DNA from: Caldisericia bacterium
Lineage (GTDB): Bacteria > Caldisericota > Caldisericia > JAAYUI01
Direction: 5' to 3'
NCBI GenBank assembly: GCA_963674785.1
Contig: OY771555.1
Location: forward strand, 1,920,001 to 1,984,000
DNA length: 64,000 nt
This document shows positions 1 through 11,999 of this stretch, piece after piece. Numbering within the stretch: position 1 is the stretch's first letter; every line of letters starts with the position of its first letter. The notes beneath the pieces were generated by a model. That model ran no database searches. It was not told where the DNA came from and was given only the letters and a program-made list of their open reading frames with translations. The position numbers and the translations under genes are program-made.

Positions 1-2
1 GC

Positions 3-155
3 ACATACCCATGTGACAAACACGGCAAATGCTGCGAGTGTATTGCATATCACAGAAAAAATGGTGAACTACCCGCTTGTTATTTCAACAATAGCGATGA
101 AAAAACATATGATAGATCAATTGAATTCTATGTAAAATCGAGAAACATAAAATGA
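3..155 (+). CDS. Small Cys-rich protein, DUF6485-like (5'-truncated by the window edge)
   Basis: Frame 3 reads [50 protein letters not shown]. The stop overlaps the next ATG (ATGA). Not in the ORF track. Confidence 0.75.
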   Translation, partial: TYPCDKHGKCCECIAYHRKNGELPACYFNNSDEKTYDRSIEFYVKSRNIK

Positions 156-919
156 CAGACATAAATTTTTGGAACAGAAATCCAATTAAAGAAGTTGGCA
201 CACTCGCAAACGAGGTTATATCAAGATCTCTGTTGTACGGGGTGCTGGGTTTTCTCCCATCCGAACCTTGTGCGGTTTTAATGACTGATGGAGAATTTTC
301 ACCAGGTATCGCCGCAGCAATTGAAAATGCTGGATATGCCGTTACCAGACTTTGTGATCCTTCCGAAGAGGAAATCGGATGCGTTCCAGAAGACATAAGC
401 AACATGCCAGATAATAGCTTCGGAATAGTGATTACAACTGGATGGCCAAACAATACCTCTGAACTTGAAAACACTGCAAGGATAGCATTTTCAAAGCTTC
501 GAGAGGGTGGACTCTATATCGGCTGTGCCCCAAATAGATTCGCATGCGCTCTTGATACAATCATTTCAGGAAAGGTTTCTGATTCAATAGATATTTTGGA
601 TGATAACATCGGGGAAAATGGAAGTTGGATTGACGCCAAAGAACTATTCACACCAAGAAATCTTTCAGTAACCCTTGAAGCCTTAGGTTACAAAATTATT
701 GAGTTATACGGTTGGCAGATAGCCCTGGAAAAACTTCCAAAGGAGCGTCTTCTAAAATCAGACTGGACAAATGAAGAGATTGAGGAGATTGCAACTTTGG
801 AGTTCAGACTAGCTCATGAGAAGTACATTCTGGGTTGCGCCCCAACAATTCAGTTTGTTGTAAAAAAACCCAACCCATCAGATGAACTAATCGAAAATAT
901 TACTGATCAAGAGATCTAG
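152..919 (+). CDS. Class I SAM-methyltransferase-like protein with degenerate motif I
   Basis: DNSFGIVIT...[16 protein letters not shown] resembles MTase motifs II/III. The Gly-rich SAM motif is not recognisable. Confidence 0.5.
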   Translation: MTDINFWNRNPIKEVGTLANEVISRSLLYGVLGFLPSEPCAVLMTDGEFSPGIAAAIENAGYAVTRLCDPSEEEIGCVPEDISNMPDNSFGIVITTGWPNNTSELENTARIAFSKLREGGLYIGCAPNRFACALDTIISGKVSDSIDILDDNIGENGSWIDAKELFTPRNLSVTLEALGYKIIELYGWQIALEKLPKERLLKSDWTNEEIEEIATLEFRLAHEKYILGCAPTIQFVVKKPNPSDELIENITDQEI

Positions 920-1682
920 AAATTCTCTCGATTGAAAGACATTTCCCGCTTATGTTGTCAACTTCAATGAGTGTACCATTGAATCTTACATCGTCGGTTG
1001 CAACCTCGAATCGGCACTTCATATGATGAACCATCTTCTTGATTGGTCCTTCGGTTTTTACACCAATTACTGACTCATGAGGCCCTGTCATTCCGGCATC
1101 TGTTTGGAAACCTGTTCCACCTGGGAAGATTTGCTCATCAGCTGTTACAACATGCGTGTGGGTTCCAATTACCGCAGATACCTGTCCATCTAAATATCTT
1201 CCCAGAGCCTGTTTTTCAGATGTCGCCTCAGCATGAAAGTCAACGAGAATAACGTTAGTATTCTCACGAATATCCTTGATAATTCTCTCCCCAACAATAA
1301 ATGGGCAATCAATCGGTTCCATATAAGTTCTTCCCTGAAGATGAAGCACACACATCAAACCAGCTACACCATCAAGATAGAAGTACCCTCTTCCAGGTGA
1401 ACCTTCAGGGAAGTTTTCTGGTCTTGCCATCTGGGGATCTTCTTCGATCATCTTGGGTGCTTCCTTCTGATCCCAAACATGATTACCAAGTGTGAAGCCA
1501 TCGATTCCTGCAACCCTCAATTCATCAGCATTATCTTTGGTCAACCCAAATCCGCCAGAGGCGTTATCAGCATTTCCAATCACATAATCGATTGAATACT
1601 CGGATTTCAAACCAGGTAAGAATTGCTTGACGGCATTCCTTCCTGGTTTCCCAACGATATCCCCAACTAAAAGGATTCTCAT
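900..1682 (-). CDS. ymdB: YmdB / TIGR00282 metallophosphoesterase
   Basis: GDIVGKPGR, TLGNH, DFHAEATSEK, GTHTHV, TDAGMTGP motifs; follows rny. Confidence 0.95.
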   Translation of the reverse strand: MRILLVGDIVGKPGRNAVKQFLPGLKSEYSIDYVIGNADNASGGFGLTKDNADELRVAGIDGFTLGNHVWDQKEAPKMIEEDPQMARPENFPEGSPGRGYFYLDGVAGLMCVLHLQGRTYMEPIDCPFIVGERIIKDIRENTNVILVDFHAEATSEKQALGRYLDGQVSAVIGTHTHVVTADEQIFPGGTGFQTDAGMTGPHESVIGVKTEGPIKKMVHHMKCRFEVATDDVRFNGTLIEVDNISGKCLSIERISRSLDQ

Positions 1683-3226
1683 TATTTTGCGTTTTCTGAG
1701 TATCTTGTCTCTCTGATTACTGTAACTCTGATAATTCCAGGGTATGTGAGTTCATTTTCAATGCGTTCAGCAATTTCTCTTGCCATCTTATGAGACATAA
1801 CATCGTCAACTTTTTTCGGTTTAACGATAACTCTAAGCTCTCTGCCTGCCTGGATTGCATATGTTTTTTCGACACCCTCAAAACTCTTTGCGATGCCCTC
1901 AAGAGACTCAAGTCTCTGAATATAGGCTTCAAAGCTTTCTCTTCTTGCACCAGGTCTTGATGCAGAGATTGCATCTGCTGCTTGTATCAGCACAGGATAT
2001 ACATTTGATGGGGCAATATCAGTATGGTGAAGTTGTGCAGACTCGATGATTTCGGGTTTCTCATTGTATTTTTTGAGAATCTCTGCTCCGAGCTCATCAT
2101 GTGTTCCTTCACGCTCACGGTCAACTGCTTTACCAATATCGTGGAAAAGTCCGGCACGTTTTGCAATCTTTGGGTTAAGACCAAGTTCTGATGCCATATG
2201 AGCAGAAAGCATTGCAACTTCAATCGAATGCTGAAGCACATTCTGACCGTATGAAGTTCTAAATTTTAGTCTTCCAAGAAGTTTTACAAGCTCAGGTTTT
2301 GCAGCATGCACACCAACCTCAAGAAGTGCCTGTTCACCCTCAATTTTGAGCTTATCATCAAGCTCTTTTGTGGCCTTCTGAATAACTTCTTCGATTCTAC
2401 CCGGATGAATTCTTCCATCGGTGATAAGTTTTTCAAGTGCCATTTTTCCAATCTCACGTCTGATTGGATCAAAACATGAGATTGTGACAACCTCGGGAGT
2501 ATCATCAACCATTAGGTCAACACCGGTTGCTGTTTCAAACGCCCTAATATTTCTTCCTTCACGACCAATGATTTTTCCCTTGATCTCTTCGTTGGGAAGT
2601 GGAACTGCAGAAACTGTTACCTCTGCAGTGTAGTCAGATGCAATCCTCTGGATTGAGTTTGCAACAATCTCTCTTGATTTAGAATTTGCAGTTTCCTTCG
2701 CATCTTCTTCCATCTGCTTGACTTTCGATGCAAGCTCAAACTCCATCTTGTGTTCAGTCTCACGAAGAATTACAGATTTTGCATCTTCCCTGCTAAGTCC
2801 TGCAATTCTTTCAAGTTCCTTCTCTTGTTTCAAGACTAATTGATCAGCTTTTTCATGTTTTACATCGAGTTCTTTTTCAACTCTTGATATACCGTTTTCT
2901 CTTGCGTTTACTGCATCAATTCTTTTTTCGAGCTTATCTTCACGAGTTGAAAGTCTATTTTCAATCGCATTAAGCTCTTTTCTCTGCTGATTAAATTCTT
3001 CTTTCTGCTCCTTAACAAGTCTCATCGCCTCATCTTTTGCAGTCAAAAGAATTTCTTTTTTTTCACTATCAGCTTCTTTTTTAGCATCTTTTAAAACTCT
3101 TGCAGCTTCATCATTTGCTAACTTGAGAACTCCTTGAGCAGTTTTTTTTGCAGAATTCATTGCAAAAAAATACGCAAGAGCAGCACCTACAATAGCTCCA
3201 ACAAATCCATATATAAATTCCATCAA
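1682..3226 (-). CDS. rny: Ribonuclease Y
   Basis: N-terminal TM, coiled coil, KH domain (IIGREGRNIR), HD domain (HDIGK), ADAISASRPGAR. Confidence 0.98.
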   Translation of the reverse strand: MMEFIYGFVGAIVGAALAYFFAMNSAKKTAQGVLKLANDEAARVLKDAKKEADSEKKEILLTAKDEAMRLVKEQKEEFNQQRKELNAIENRLSTREDKLEKRIDAVNARENGISRVEKELDVKHEKADQLVLKQEKELERIAGLSREDAKSVILRETEHKMEFELASKVKQMEEDAKETANSKSREIVANSIQRIASDYTAEVTVSAVPLPNEEIKGKIIGREGRNIRAFETATGVDLMVDDTPEVVTISCFDPIRREIGKMALEKLITDGRIHPGRIEEVIQKATKELDDKLKIEGEQALLEVGVHAAKPELVKLLGRLKFRTSYGQNVLQHSIEVAMLSAHMASELGLNPKIAKRAGLFHDIGKAVDREREGTHDELGAEILKKYNEKPEIIESAQLHHTDIAPSNVYPVLIQAADAISASRPGARRESFEAYIQRLESLEGIAKSFEGVEKTYAIQAGRELRVIVKPKKVDDVMSHKMAREIAERIENELTYPGIIRVTVIRETRYSENAK

Positions 3227-3234
3227 TATCTCCT

Positions 3235-3666
3235 TTATTTATCGAGGAAACGTATTTTTTCCCAAATCCATGAAGATGGAAACCCAAGTCTTTGAAGTTT
3301 TGCAACAAGTTTTTGCCCTTCATATCCATCCTTGTATCTGGTAATCGCAAAAGCCAATAACTCTTTCCAATCATGCTCATCAATACGATTCTCGATTTCA
3401 GCTCTGGGTAAACCGAGCTTAAAAAGCTCCATTTTTATCCTTATTGGTCCCCAAAACCGTTTTTTCTTATTTTCAATGTATGAAGAGACAAACTCAGAAT
3501 CATTTATCAAATCAAGCTCTTCAAGCTTAGATTTTACCTCTTCAATTTCCTTCTCAAGGTAACCCTTTTCCTGCATTCGCCTTTCAATCTCTGACCACGC
3601 ACGGTCTCTATATGAAAGTAACCTGAATGCATAATCTAATGGGTTACTCCTTTTTTTCTTTTGCAT
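3235..3666 (-). CDS. recX: Regulatory protein RecX
   Basis: [10 protein letters not shown]...INDSEF...GPIRIKMEL...KLQRLGF; directly downstream of recA. Confidence 0.9.
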   Translation of the reverse strand: MQKKKRSNPLDYAFRLLSYRDRAWSEIERRMQEKGYLEKEIEEVKSKLEELDLINDSEFVSSYIENKKKRFWGPIRIKMELFKLGLPRAEIENRIDEHDWKELLAFAITRYKDGYEGQKLVAKLQRLGFPSSWIWEKIRFLDK

Positions 3667-4687
3667 CAGGAATTGTTAATCCAAATGCTGATTTTATTTT
3701 GTTTTCAATATCGTTTGTCATTTCAGGTTTTTCTGAAAGAGTTACTTTTGCATTCTCTCTTCCCTGACCCAGTCTTTCACCTTCGTACGAGAACCATGTT
3801 CCGGACTTATCAATGATATCGAGGTCAACACCCATCTTTAGAACCTGAGACTCTCTTGATATTCCTTCGCCAAAAATAATGTCAAACTCAGCATTCCTGT
3901 ATGGTGGAGCAACTTTATTCTTTGCAATCTTTATCTTCACCTGAGCTCCATATGATCGGTCACCATCTTTATAGGTTTCACCACGTCTGACCTGCATTCT
4001 GACAGTGGTTGCAAATTTGAGAGCTCGTCCACCTGGAGTTGTTTCAGGATTACCAAACATAACGCCAATTTTTTCTCTGAGCTGGTTAATAAAGATTCCA
4101 GCAGTCCTTGATTTTCCCATTGCCCCAGCAAGTTTCCTCATAGCTTTTGACATGAGTCTTGCTTGAAGTCCGACAGATGCATCACCCATCTCACCCTCAA
4201 GCTCTGCTCTTGGAACAAGTGCTGCAACAGAGTCAATCACGAACAAGTCAATTGCTCCAGATCTTGTGAGAATCTCTGCAATCTCGAGTGCTTGTTCAGC
4301 TGAATCGGGCTGGGAAATAATCAACTCGGAAAGGTCTATTCCAAGTCTTTCAGCATAAGCTGGATCAAGGGCATGTTCTGCATCGATAAAAACAGCTTTC
4401 CCGCCTTTTCTTTGACATGAAGCAATTGATGTAAGTGCGATCGTAGTCTTTCCAGATCCCTCACTTCCAAATATTTCAATAATTCTTCCTCTTGGAATAC
4501 CACCAACACCAAGTGCAATATCAAGTGACAATATCCCTGTTGGAATTGCCTCAACTGCCATGCGACCATGATCATCACCAAGTCGCATAATGGTGCCCTT
4601 TCCGTAGGATTTTTCAATCGCCGCAATAGCAGAATCTAAAGCTTTTTCTCTTTCATTGTAGACATTCGTTTCTTTTTTTGTTGCCAT
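3644..4687 (-). CDS. recA: Recombinase RecA
   Basis: [42 protein letters not shown]. Start placed at MATKK, after a GAGGAG SD. Confidence 0.99.
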   Translation of the reverse strand: MATKKETNVYNEREKALDSAIAAIEKSYGKGTIMRLGDDHGRMAVEAIPTGILSLDIALGVGGIPRGRIIEIFGSEGSGKTTIALTSIASCQRKGGKAVFIDAEHALDPAYAERLGIDLSELIISQPDSAEQALEIAEILTRSGAIDLFVIDSVAALVPRAELEGEMGDASVGLQARLMSKAMRKLAGAMGKSRTAGIFINQLREKIGVMFGNPETTPGGRALKFATTVRMQVRRGETYKDGDRSYGAQVKIKIAKNKVAPPYRNAEFDIIFGEGISRESQVLKMGVDLDIIDKSGTWFSYEGERLGQGRENAKVTLSEKPEMTNDIENKIKSAFGLTIPDAKEKKE

Positions 4688-4694
4688 ATTCTCC

Positions 4695-5234
4695 TCAATC
4701 TTTTTTCCAAAGATTTGTATAAACTGGTCCACTTCTAGTTAATTCTGATTTTATAAGGGCAATCCCTGTAAAAAAACATTTCTCATTATACATGGGAATT
4801 TTAGAAATTGCATCCTCAAGCCCAGCTGGCTTAAATGATTTAATCCTTCCAAGAGTCAAATGAGCTCTGAAAGGTTTATTGTCATTTTCAAAACCAAATC
4901 CCTCACAGATATTCTGAACTCTCTGGAAGAGACTTTTGCTCATATCATCTTCTACCCCACACCACAAAACCCTTGGATTTTTGATGTTTGGAAATCCAGA
5001 GATTTCTGAAAGCTTAATCTCTTTTGGGAAATCTGTTTCAATCTCTGAAAGCTTTTTTGATAATTCTGGTACAAGTTTTTCTTCAATATCTCCAAGGAAT
5101 TTTAATGTAAGATGGAAGTTTCCAGGTTTTGTCCAGCTTGCTTTAATATCAAGTCTTGAGATATCTGAGACCACATCTGATAAATATTTTTGAAGACCAT
5201 CTGAGATTGTTAAGGCGATAAATGCTCTAATCAT
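4695..5234 (-). CDS. thpR: RNA 2',3'-cyclic phosphodiesterase (2H family)
   Basis: MIRAFIAL start; two HxT motifs ([16 protein letters not shown]). Confidence 0.93.
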   Translation of the reverse strand: MIRAFIALTISDGLQKYLSDVVSDISRLDIKASWTKPGNFHLTLKFLGDIEEKLVPELSKKLSEIETDFPKEIKLSEISGFPNIKNPRVLWCGVEDDMSKSLFQRVQNICEGFGFENDNKPFRAHLTLGRIKSFKPAGLEDAISKIPMYNEKCFFTGIALIKSELTRSGPVYTNLWKKD

Positions 5235-6549
5235 TAATAACAGCACCTTCCAAATCAAAGTGGTCAAAATTTGTGATTTTTACATCAACAATATCACCAA
5301 CCTCAAAATCAGTCCCGTTTATCTTTACGATACAATCAATTTCAGGGGCATCAGATTTTGTTCTACCAACAGCATAATCATCATAAATTTGGTCAACAAT
5401 CACCTGCTGTACAGTGCCAACCAAATACTCATTTCTTTCATAAGAGATTTCAGATTGAGTAAGAAGCAGTTGTTCTTGTCTTTCAGAGGCTACATCATCT
5501 GGAACTTTGTCTGGAAGACCAAATGCTTTTGTACCAACTTCATCAGAAAACTTGAACACCCCAAACCTGTCAAACTCAATTTCAGAGATAAAGTCATGAA
5601 GAATTTCAAAATCTTCGTCGGTTTCACCAGGAAAACCAACTATAGCAGTTGATCTGATTGTTGGGTCATCAAAATTATCTCTAATCTTGCCAATAATCTC
5701 CCTGATTCCATCGATTCCAGGTTTTTCCCTGTTCATTGCTTTCAAAATTTTGTTTGATGCATGCTGGATTGGGATTTCAAAATATGGAATAACCTTTGTG
5801 GCACCAAATGCCTCAAGTGTTTTATCAGCAAAATGCATAGGGTTTGTATAGAGAATCCTAATCCACTCAAACCCATCAATTTCTGAAAGTTTGTGGGTCA
5901 AAGTTGAAAGGTCATATTTTGGATTCGCATCATGACCAACTATCGATGTATCCTGTGCAATAATGTTTAGCTCTTTAACACCAGAATCAGCGAGTGCGTT
6001 TGCCTCAGACAATATCTCATCGAGACCAAAGCTTCTGAACCTCCCCCTTATTGATGGGATTTTACAGAAAGAACAACCGTGAGAGCAACCCTCAGATACC
6101 CTGAGATATGAGATATGTGGAAGTGTTATTTTGAGCCTCGGAAGGATTCCATTTGAAGAAACAGAGTTCAAATCATTAATTATTGATTTTTTCTCGCCTG
6201 AAATGATTTCATAGATTGAAGAGTTAAGTCCTGTTCCCAGATACCCATCAACCTCGGGGTATTTTGTCTGCAGCTCAGCAAGCAAAATCTGTGGAAGACA
6301 TCCGGTGACAATAACTTTTTTTATAATTCCAGATTTCTTTTTTTGAAGTGCTTCCTCAATTACTTCATAGCTTTCGGTACGTGCAGCTTCAACAAAAGAA
6401 CACGTATTAATCAGCAGTACATCACAATCATCGGGGTCAAGTGAGATTTCACACCCAGAATCAGATGAGACAGCCAATAATTGCTCAGCGTCAACCAACG
6501 CCTTCGGGCAGCCTAAAGCATGAATTGAAACCTTCAGAATAGCACTCAT
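5227..6549 (-). CDS. rimO: Ribosomal protein S12 methylthiotransferase
   Basis: LGCPKALVD, NTCSF, radical SAM CSHGCSFC, IVGFPGET, C-terminal TRAM DAPEID. Confidence 0.95.
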   Translation of the reverse strand: MSAILKVSIHALGCPKALVDAEQLLAVSSDSGCEISLDPDDCDVLLINTCSFVEAARTESYEVIEEALQKKKSGIIKKVIVTGCLPQILLAELQTKYPEVDGYLGTGLNSSIYEIISGEKKSIINDLNSVSSNGILPRLKITLPHISYLRVSEGCSHGCSFCKIPSIRGRFRSFGLDEILSEANALADSGVKELNIIAQDTSIVGHDANPKYDLSTLTHKLSEIDGFEWIRILYTNPMHFADKTLEAFGATKVIPYFEIPIQHASNKILKAMNREKPGIDGIREIIGKIRDNFDDPTIRSTAIVGFPGETDEDFEILHDFISEIEFDRFGVFKFSDEVGTKAFGLPDKVPDDVASERQEQLLLTQSEISYERNEYLVGTVQQVIVDQIYDDYAVGRTKSDAPEIDCIVKINGTDFEVGDIVDVKITNFDHFDLEGAVIND

Positions 6550-8888
6550 TTCCTTATGAGTGCCTCTTTGATAACTTCTTTTATGGTTTCAACAAACACA
6601 AATTCCATCTCATTTCGAATCTTCTCTGGAACTTTTGTCGTGTGAGGTTCATTATCTTTTGGCAAGATGACCTTTCTTATGCCGTTTCTGTGTGCTGCAA
6701 GCACCTTCTGCTTCACACCACCAATCGGCAATACCTTTCCTCTGAGGGTTATCTCGCCTGTCATCGCCACTTTTGAACTCACTGGGATGTTTGTAAGCGT
6801 TGAAACGATTGATGTCACGATTCCGATTCCGGCAGAAGGACCATCCTTTGGAATGGCACCTTCAGGGAAATGAATATGAAGATCGTAATCGTCCTCTTTA
6901 TAATCCTTTGGGATCTTAAGTTCCTTTCGGTGAGTTCTAACATATGAAAGTGCAGCTATTGCAGACTCCTTCATGACATCGCCAAGAAGACCTGTCAGAA
7001 TAAGTTTCCCTGTTCCATCCATCAATGTGCTTTCTATACAGAGAACCTCACCACCATCCTCAGTCACAGCAAGCCCAGTTACTGTTCCGACCTCATCGGT
7101 TTTTCTCTGTGTGTCAGATTTGAAAACAGGAATATCAAGATAATCAGGTAGGGATTTTGTAGTTATTTTTAGCTTCTCAGTAACCTCTCCGCTAACCTTT
7201 TTCTTCGCTACTTTTCTCATTAGTTTTGAGATATGTCGTTCAAGAGACCTTAAACCTGCTTCTCTTGTATATCTCTCAATTATCATATTGATTGTCGCAT
7301 CTGGTATTGATAAATCAGATTTTTTTAAACCATTACTTTTAAGCTGTTTAGGTATGAGGAATTTTTTTGAAATCTCAACCTTATCAAACTGTGTATAACC
7401 GGGAATAATTATTGTTTCCATTCGGTCAAAAAGTGCACTTGGGATTGTGTGGGTAACATTTGCTGTTGTAATAAATAAAACATCCGAAAGATCATATGGA
7501 ATTTCAAGATAATGATCTGAGAAAGCAGTGTTTTGTTCTGGATCAAGTGCTTCAAGCAAAGCCGATGTTGGGTCTCCCCTGAAGTCTAAACCAACCTTAT
7601 CAATTTCATCAAGAAGGAAAACTGGGTTTGATGAATTTGCCTGCTTCATCCCCTGAATGATCCTTCCTGGCATAGAGCCAACATATGTTCTTCTATGTCC
7701 TCTTATCTCTGCCTCATCTTTTATGCCACCAAGAGACATTCTGACAAACTGTCTGTTCATTGCTCTTGCAACTGATTTTCCAAGTGAGGTTTTACCAACA
7801 CCGGGAGGACCAACAAGGCAGATGATTGGGCTTTTTGCATCAGGTGAAAGCTTTCTTACTGCAAGGTATTCAAGAATTCGCTCTTTGACCTCTTCAAGAT
7901 CATAATGATCCTCGTTGAGGATTTTGTGAGCAGCATTTACATCAAGTCTGTCCTTGGTTTTCTTCTCCCATGGGAGGTCAAAAATCCAGTCGATGTAATT
8001 TCTAATTACTGCACTTTCAGCAGCCATTGGTGGCATCTTCTGAAGTTTTTCAATCTGCTCATTTACCTTTTCGACAACATAATTTGGAAGCCCTTTTCGT
8101 TTTTGAATCTTCTTCCTGAATTCACCGATTTCGCTTCCAAATTCACCATCCGACTCACCAAGTTCTTTTTCGATTGATCGGAGTTGTTCTCTTAAATAAA
8201 ATTCTCTTTGAGTTTTATCGATTTTACTTTTGACATCAGAATCAATTTTTTGCTGAATAGAAAGTATTTCAAGCTCTTCCGAGAGTTTATCGATCATAAA
8301 CTCAAGACGTTCAAGTATTGATGTTTGAGCAAGTATCTCCTGTTTCTCAATAAGTGGGATGCTTATGTTTGCAGCAATTACGTTAGTCAGCTCATCGGGG
8401 TCATGGATATTGCTCAAACCAAGAAGAATCTCTGGTAAAAGTCTCTTATGAACTCTGAAATACTCTTCAAACTTTTCAGAAAGAACACGCATCAATGCTT
8501 TGATGTGTGGAGTAACTTCACCAATTGAACCAAGAGGCTCAACATCAACCATAGTCAAATCTTCGATATCTTCAAAATCAGTTACTTTTACTCTTTCGAT
8601 TCCCTCAACAATAACTCTCAGGTTTCCATCTGGAAGTTTCTGCTGAATCTGTAGAAGCTCACATCCAACACCAATATCATAAAGTTCACGTTGTGTTGGA
8701 TTATCATAATGCTCTTTTTTTTGAGTAAGACAAACAATTCTTCTATCGACATCATTTGCCTTCTCGATTGCTTTTATAGATTTTTCTCTACCTATTATCA
8801 GTGGCACAGTCATTCCAGGAAAGACCACCAGGTTCCTTAGAGGAAGCAATGGGGCTTTCTTGTGATGCCATTTTTTTGGTGCTGACAT
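6546..8888 (-). CDS. lon: ATP-dependent protease Lon
   Basis: LPLRNLVVFPG, GPPGVGKTS, PKDGPSAG. Confidence 0.99.
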   Translation of the reverse strand: MSAPKKWHHKKAPLLPLRNLVVFPGMTVPLIIGREKSIKAIEKANDVDRRIVCLTQKKEHYDNPTQRELYDIGVGCELLQIQQKLPDGNLRVIVEGIERVKVTDFEDIEDLTMVDVEPLGSIGEVTPHIKALMRVLSEKFEEYFRVHKRLLPEILLGLSNIHDPDELTNVIAANISIPLIEKQEILAQTSILERLEFMIDKLSEELEILSIQQKIDSDVKSKIDKTQREFYLREQLRSIEKELGESDGEFGSEIGEFRKKIQKRKGLPNYVVEKVNEQIEKLQKMPPMAAESAVIRNYIDWIFDLPWEKKTKDRLDVNAAHKILNEDHYDLEEVKERILEYLAVRKLSPDAKSPIICLVGPPGVGKTSLGKSVARAMNRQFVRMSLGGIKDEAEIRGHRRTYVGSMPGRIIQGMKQANSSNPVFLLDEIDKVGLDFRGDPTSALLEALDPEQNTAFSDHYLEIPYDLSDVLFITTANVTHTIPSALFDRMETIIIPGYTQFDKVEISKKFLIPKQLKSNGLKKSDLSIPDATINMIIERYTREAGLRSLERHISKLMRKVAKKKVSGEVTEKLKITTKSLPDYLDIPVFKSDTQRKTDEVGTVTGLAVTEDGGEVLCIESTLMDGTGKLILTGLLGDVMKESAIAALSYVRTHRKELKIPKDYKEDDYDLHIHFPEGAIPKDGPSAGIGIVTSIVSTLTNIPVSSKVAMTGEITLRGKVLPIGGVKQKVLAAHRNGIRKVILPKDNEPHTTKVPEKIRNEMEFVFVETIKEVIKEALIRK

Positions 8889-8894
8889 ACCTTT

Positions 8895-10130
8895 TTAAGC
8901 ACTCCTTTTCATTTCTTGTCCATCTGAGTCAATCATTATTACCGGTTTATCTCCAAGGACAACATCCTTGTCAACGATACATTTTGCAACAACCTGATTA
9001 TCAGGAATATCATATAATGTATCCATCATAATTCTCTCAAAAACAGTTTTTAATGCTCTTGCACCGGTGCCAAATGATTTCGCAATCTTTGCAATCTCGG
9101 TAAGAGCCTCATCTGTTACTTCAAGCTCTGCACCCTCAACCCCAAGCAAAGTTTTGTACTGATTGACAACCGCATTTTTAGGCTCAGTAAGAATCCTTTT
9201 CAAATCATCGATTGAAAGCTCAGAGATTGATGCAGTCACTGGAAATCTTCCAACGAACTCTGGAATAAGACCAAACTTCATCAGATCATCAGGCATAAGT
9301 TTAGATAAAATATCTGATTTATCGGTTACTTTGTCAGAATGCATACTGTAACCGACTTTTCTATGTCCAAGTCTTCGTTCGATTATTTTATCAAGACCCT
9401 CGAACATTCCACCGCATATGAAGAGTATCTTTGAGGTATCAATTTGAACGAATTCCTGCTGTGGATGTTTTCTTCCGCCCTTGGGTGGAATATTACAAAC
9501 TGTTCCTTCAACGATCTTCAAAAGAGCCTGTTGAACACCTTCACCTGAAACGTCACGAGTAATTGATCTGTTTTCGGACTTTCTTCCAATCTTATCAATC
9601 TCGTCAATATACACGATTCCCATCTGTGTGGCTTCGATGTCATAATCGGCATTTCTGAAAAGTCCAACAAGCACGTTTTCAACATCCTCACCAACATATC
9701 CAGCTTCCGTTAAGGTGGTTGCATCTGCAATTGAAAATGGCACACCTAGAATCTTAGCAAGAGTTCTAGCAATTAAAGTTTTTCCAGAACCAGTTGGCCC
9801 AACCATCAAAACATTGGATTTTTCGATCTCATTGATTCCATTTCTAAGAGTGAGTACAGATCGATAGTGCTTGTATACAGCAACAGATAGGAGTCTTTTT
9901 GCCTGGGTTTGCCCAATAATATAGGAATCTAGTTGTTCGTGGATCTCCTTTGGAGTTGGGATATGACCAATTTTTTTTCGAAACTGTCTCTGGCTCTCAT
10001 TAACAAGGGTCTTATTGGCAATCTTGATGCACTCCTCACAGATCAGGGTGCCATCAACCCCTTCCATGCCACGAAGGCCATCTCCAATGTTTCTTCCGCA
10101 AAAGGAGCACTGGTTATTATCTTCACTCAT
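8895..10130 (-). CDS. clpX: Clp protease ATP-binding subunit ClpX
   Basis: CSFC/CEEC zinc finger, [19 protein letters not shown]. Confidence 0.99.
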   Translation of the reverse strand: MSEDNNQCSFCGRNIGDGLRGMEGVDGTLICEECIKIANKTLVNESQRQFRKKIGHIPTPKEIHEQLDSYIIGQTQAKRLLSVAVYKHYRSVLTLRNGINEIEKSNVLMVGPTGSGKTLIARTLAKILGVPFSIADATTLTEAGYVGEDVENVLVGLFRNADYDIEATQMGIVYIDEIDKIGRKSENRSITRDVSGEGVQQALLKIVEGTVCNIPPKGGRKHPQQEFVQIDTSKILFICGGMFEGLDKIIERRLGHRKVGYSMHSDKVTDKSDILSKLMPDDLMKFGLIPEFVGRFPVTASISELSIDDLKRILTEPKNAVVNQYKTLLGVEGAELEVTDEALTEIAKIAKSFGTGARALKTVFERIMMDTLYDIPDNQVVAKCIVDKDVVLGDKPVIMIDSDGQEMKRSA

Positions 10131-10719
10131 TTCCAGGCTTCATCCTTGCGATGACTTGATCGGCAAGACCGTAAGCAACAGCTTGTTCCGCGGTCATAAA
10201 ATTGTCTCTCTCGCTGTCCTCTTTAATCTTGTCAACCGGATGCCCAGTATGTTTTGAAAGGATACCATTTAAAGTGGTTTTAAGTCTCAACATCTCGTTT
10301 GCTTGGATTTCAACATCGGTTGCTTGTCCCTGTGCACCACCTGCAACCTGGTGAATCATCACCCTTGCATTGGGTAACACAAAACGTCTTCCAGGTTCAC
10401 CTGATGCAAGAAGAACTGCAGCCATTGAAGCAGCCTGTCCGATGCAAATTGTTGAAACTGGAGCTGAGACATATTGCATTGTGTCATAGATAGCAAGACC
10501 CGATGTTACAACTCCACCGGGCGAATTAATATAGAGACTGATTTCTTTTTCGGGGTCACTTGCATCAAGATAGAGAAGCTGTGCCACAACAATGCTTGCG
10601 ACTGAATCTTCTATCTGATCTCCTCCCAAAAAAATAATCCTATCCTTTAAAAGTCTTGAATAGATATCGTACTGACGCTCTCCAGCACCAGATTGTTCAA
10701 TCACCCATGGTATTGCCAT
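10123..10719 (-). CDS. clpP: Clp protease proteolytic subunit
   Basis: [25 protein letters not shown]. Confidence 0.99.
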   Translation of the reverse strand: MAIPWVIEQSGAGERQYDIYSRLLKDRIIFLGGDQIEDSVASIVVAQLLYLDASDPEKEISLYINSPGGVVTSGLAIYDTMQYVSAPVSTICIGQAASMAAVLLASGEPGRRFVLPNARVMIHQVAGGAQGQATDVEIQANEMLRLKTTLNGILSKHTGHPVDKIKEDSERDNFMTAEQAVAYGLADQVIARMKPGNE

Positions 10720-10725
10720 TGTGCT

Positions 10726-11997
10726 CTACTCCTCTTTGAGTTGAGCTTTTCCCAATAAGAAATCGAGTGTCTTCTTTCTTTTTAGTGCAGATGAAATATT
10801 GTTTCTAAGAGTTTCCTGGTCAACGCTGGGTTTTTTCTTCATCTGTTTGATTGCATTATTGTATTGTTCAAGTTCAGAATCAATTTCACTTGCTTCTGCT
10901 TCGATATTCTCTTTTTCAGCATACTCCTCAAGGATTAAGTCAATCTTTGCTTGATTTGTAGCTCTTGGGGTAAGCTCTTCTCTGAGTTTCTCCTCAGAGA
11001 TTTCCCTTTTCTTCAAATATATCTCTAGAGTTAAACCTTTTCGTTTTAACTCATCTTCAAATCTATAAATCTCGTCATCAAGTGACGCTTCAATTAATTT
11101 TGGTGGTATCTCAAGCTTTGTTTTTTCAAGAAGGGCATCTGCAAGCTTGTTGTGTGTATCTTGTTCTTTTGCTCTCTGGGCATTTGACAATAACTCTGCC
11201 TCAACAGCTTTTTTGAGCGCTTCCACGGACTCCATCGACAGCATCTTTGCAAACTCATCATTGAGTTCTGGCATATCAGCAGTCTTTGTTTCGCCAATGA
11301 CAATTTCTATCTCCACAGGTTTTTCTTCACCAGAGATTTTTGTCTTTACTCTCTTTGTGTCGCCAGATTTAACACCAATGAGATTCTTATCAAAACCGGG
11401 AACAAAGTCCTGTCTTCCGACTTCAACAAGCTCCTCTTTCCATCTCCCCGAGACTTTGTCATTTGTAACAATAGACCATTTGAAGTAGACAAAATCCTTT
11501 TCTTCAACTTCTCTGTCGATGGATACCATCGTGGCATGTTGAAGTCTCAATCTATCAATTGTGGAATCAATTTCTTTCTCTGTTACTTCAAATTTGCCAA
11601 TTTTAAGCTTAAGTTTTGACGGGTCTGGAAGTTCAAACTCTGGAATATACTGAACCTCAATTTTTAAAACACATTTTTCTTCAGGCTCAAAACACTCAAG
11701 TGAAACTTCAGGGTTCCCAACCATTCTGAAATCTTTCTCTTTGAGAATCTCTCTTAGAGCCTGTCTACTTGAGTCGTAGATAAACTCCTCTTTAAGATAG
11801 TCCTCACCAACATGTGCTTTGAAAAGAGAAAATGGTGCTTTTCCGGGTCTGAATCCAGGGATTTTAACTCTTGCTCGATCCCTATTGAAAATCTTCTTGA
11901 AACCTTCTTTTATTTCCTCTGACCCGAACGTCGCTTTTGAGATAAGCGATGTGGATTTCTTGCTTTCGATATCTTCTATGTTCATTATTTTAACCAT
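10726..11997 (-). CDS. tig: Trigger factor
   Basis: IPGFRPGKAP signature, FKBP-like FVPGFD; precedes clpP. The ORF-track extension to 12060 lies inside tRNA-Gly, so the start is ATG 11997 or 11985. Confidence 0.93.
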   Translation of the reverse strand: MVKIMNIEDIESKKSTSLISKATFGSEEIKEGFKKIFNRDRARVKIPGFRPGKAPFSLFKAHVGEDYLKEEFIYDSSRQALREILKEKDFRMVGNPEVSLECFEPEEKCVLKIEVQYIPEFELPDPSKLKLKIGKFEVTEKEIDSTIDRLRLQHATMVSIDREVEEKDFVYFKWSIVTNDKVSGRWKEELVEVGRQDFVPGFDKNLIGVKSGDTKRVKTKISGEEKPVEIEIVIGETKTADMPELNDEFAKMLSMESVEALKKAVEAELLSNAQRAKEQDTHNKLADALLEKTKLEIPPKLIEASLDDEIYRFEDELKRKGLTLEIYLKKREISEEKLREELTPRATNQAKIDLILEEYAEKENIEAEASEIDSELEQYNNAIKQMKKKPSVDQETLRNNISSALKRKKTLDFLLGKAQLKEE

Positions 11998-11999
11998 TC

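Noticed and set aside
4695-6549. Absence of pgsA/cinA between rimO and thpR, and of yqeK between nadD and rsfS
   Set aside because: Ordinary gene-order variation; cannot be judged without the rest of the genome.
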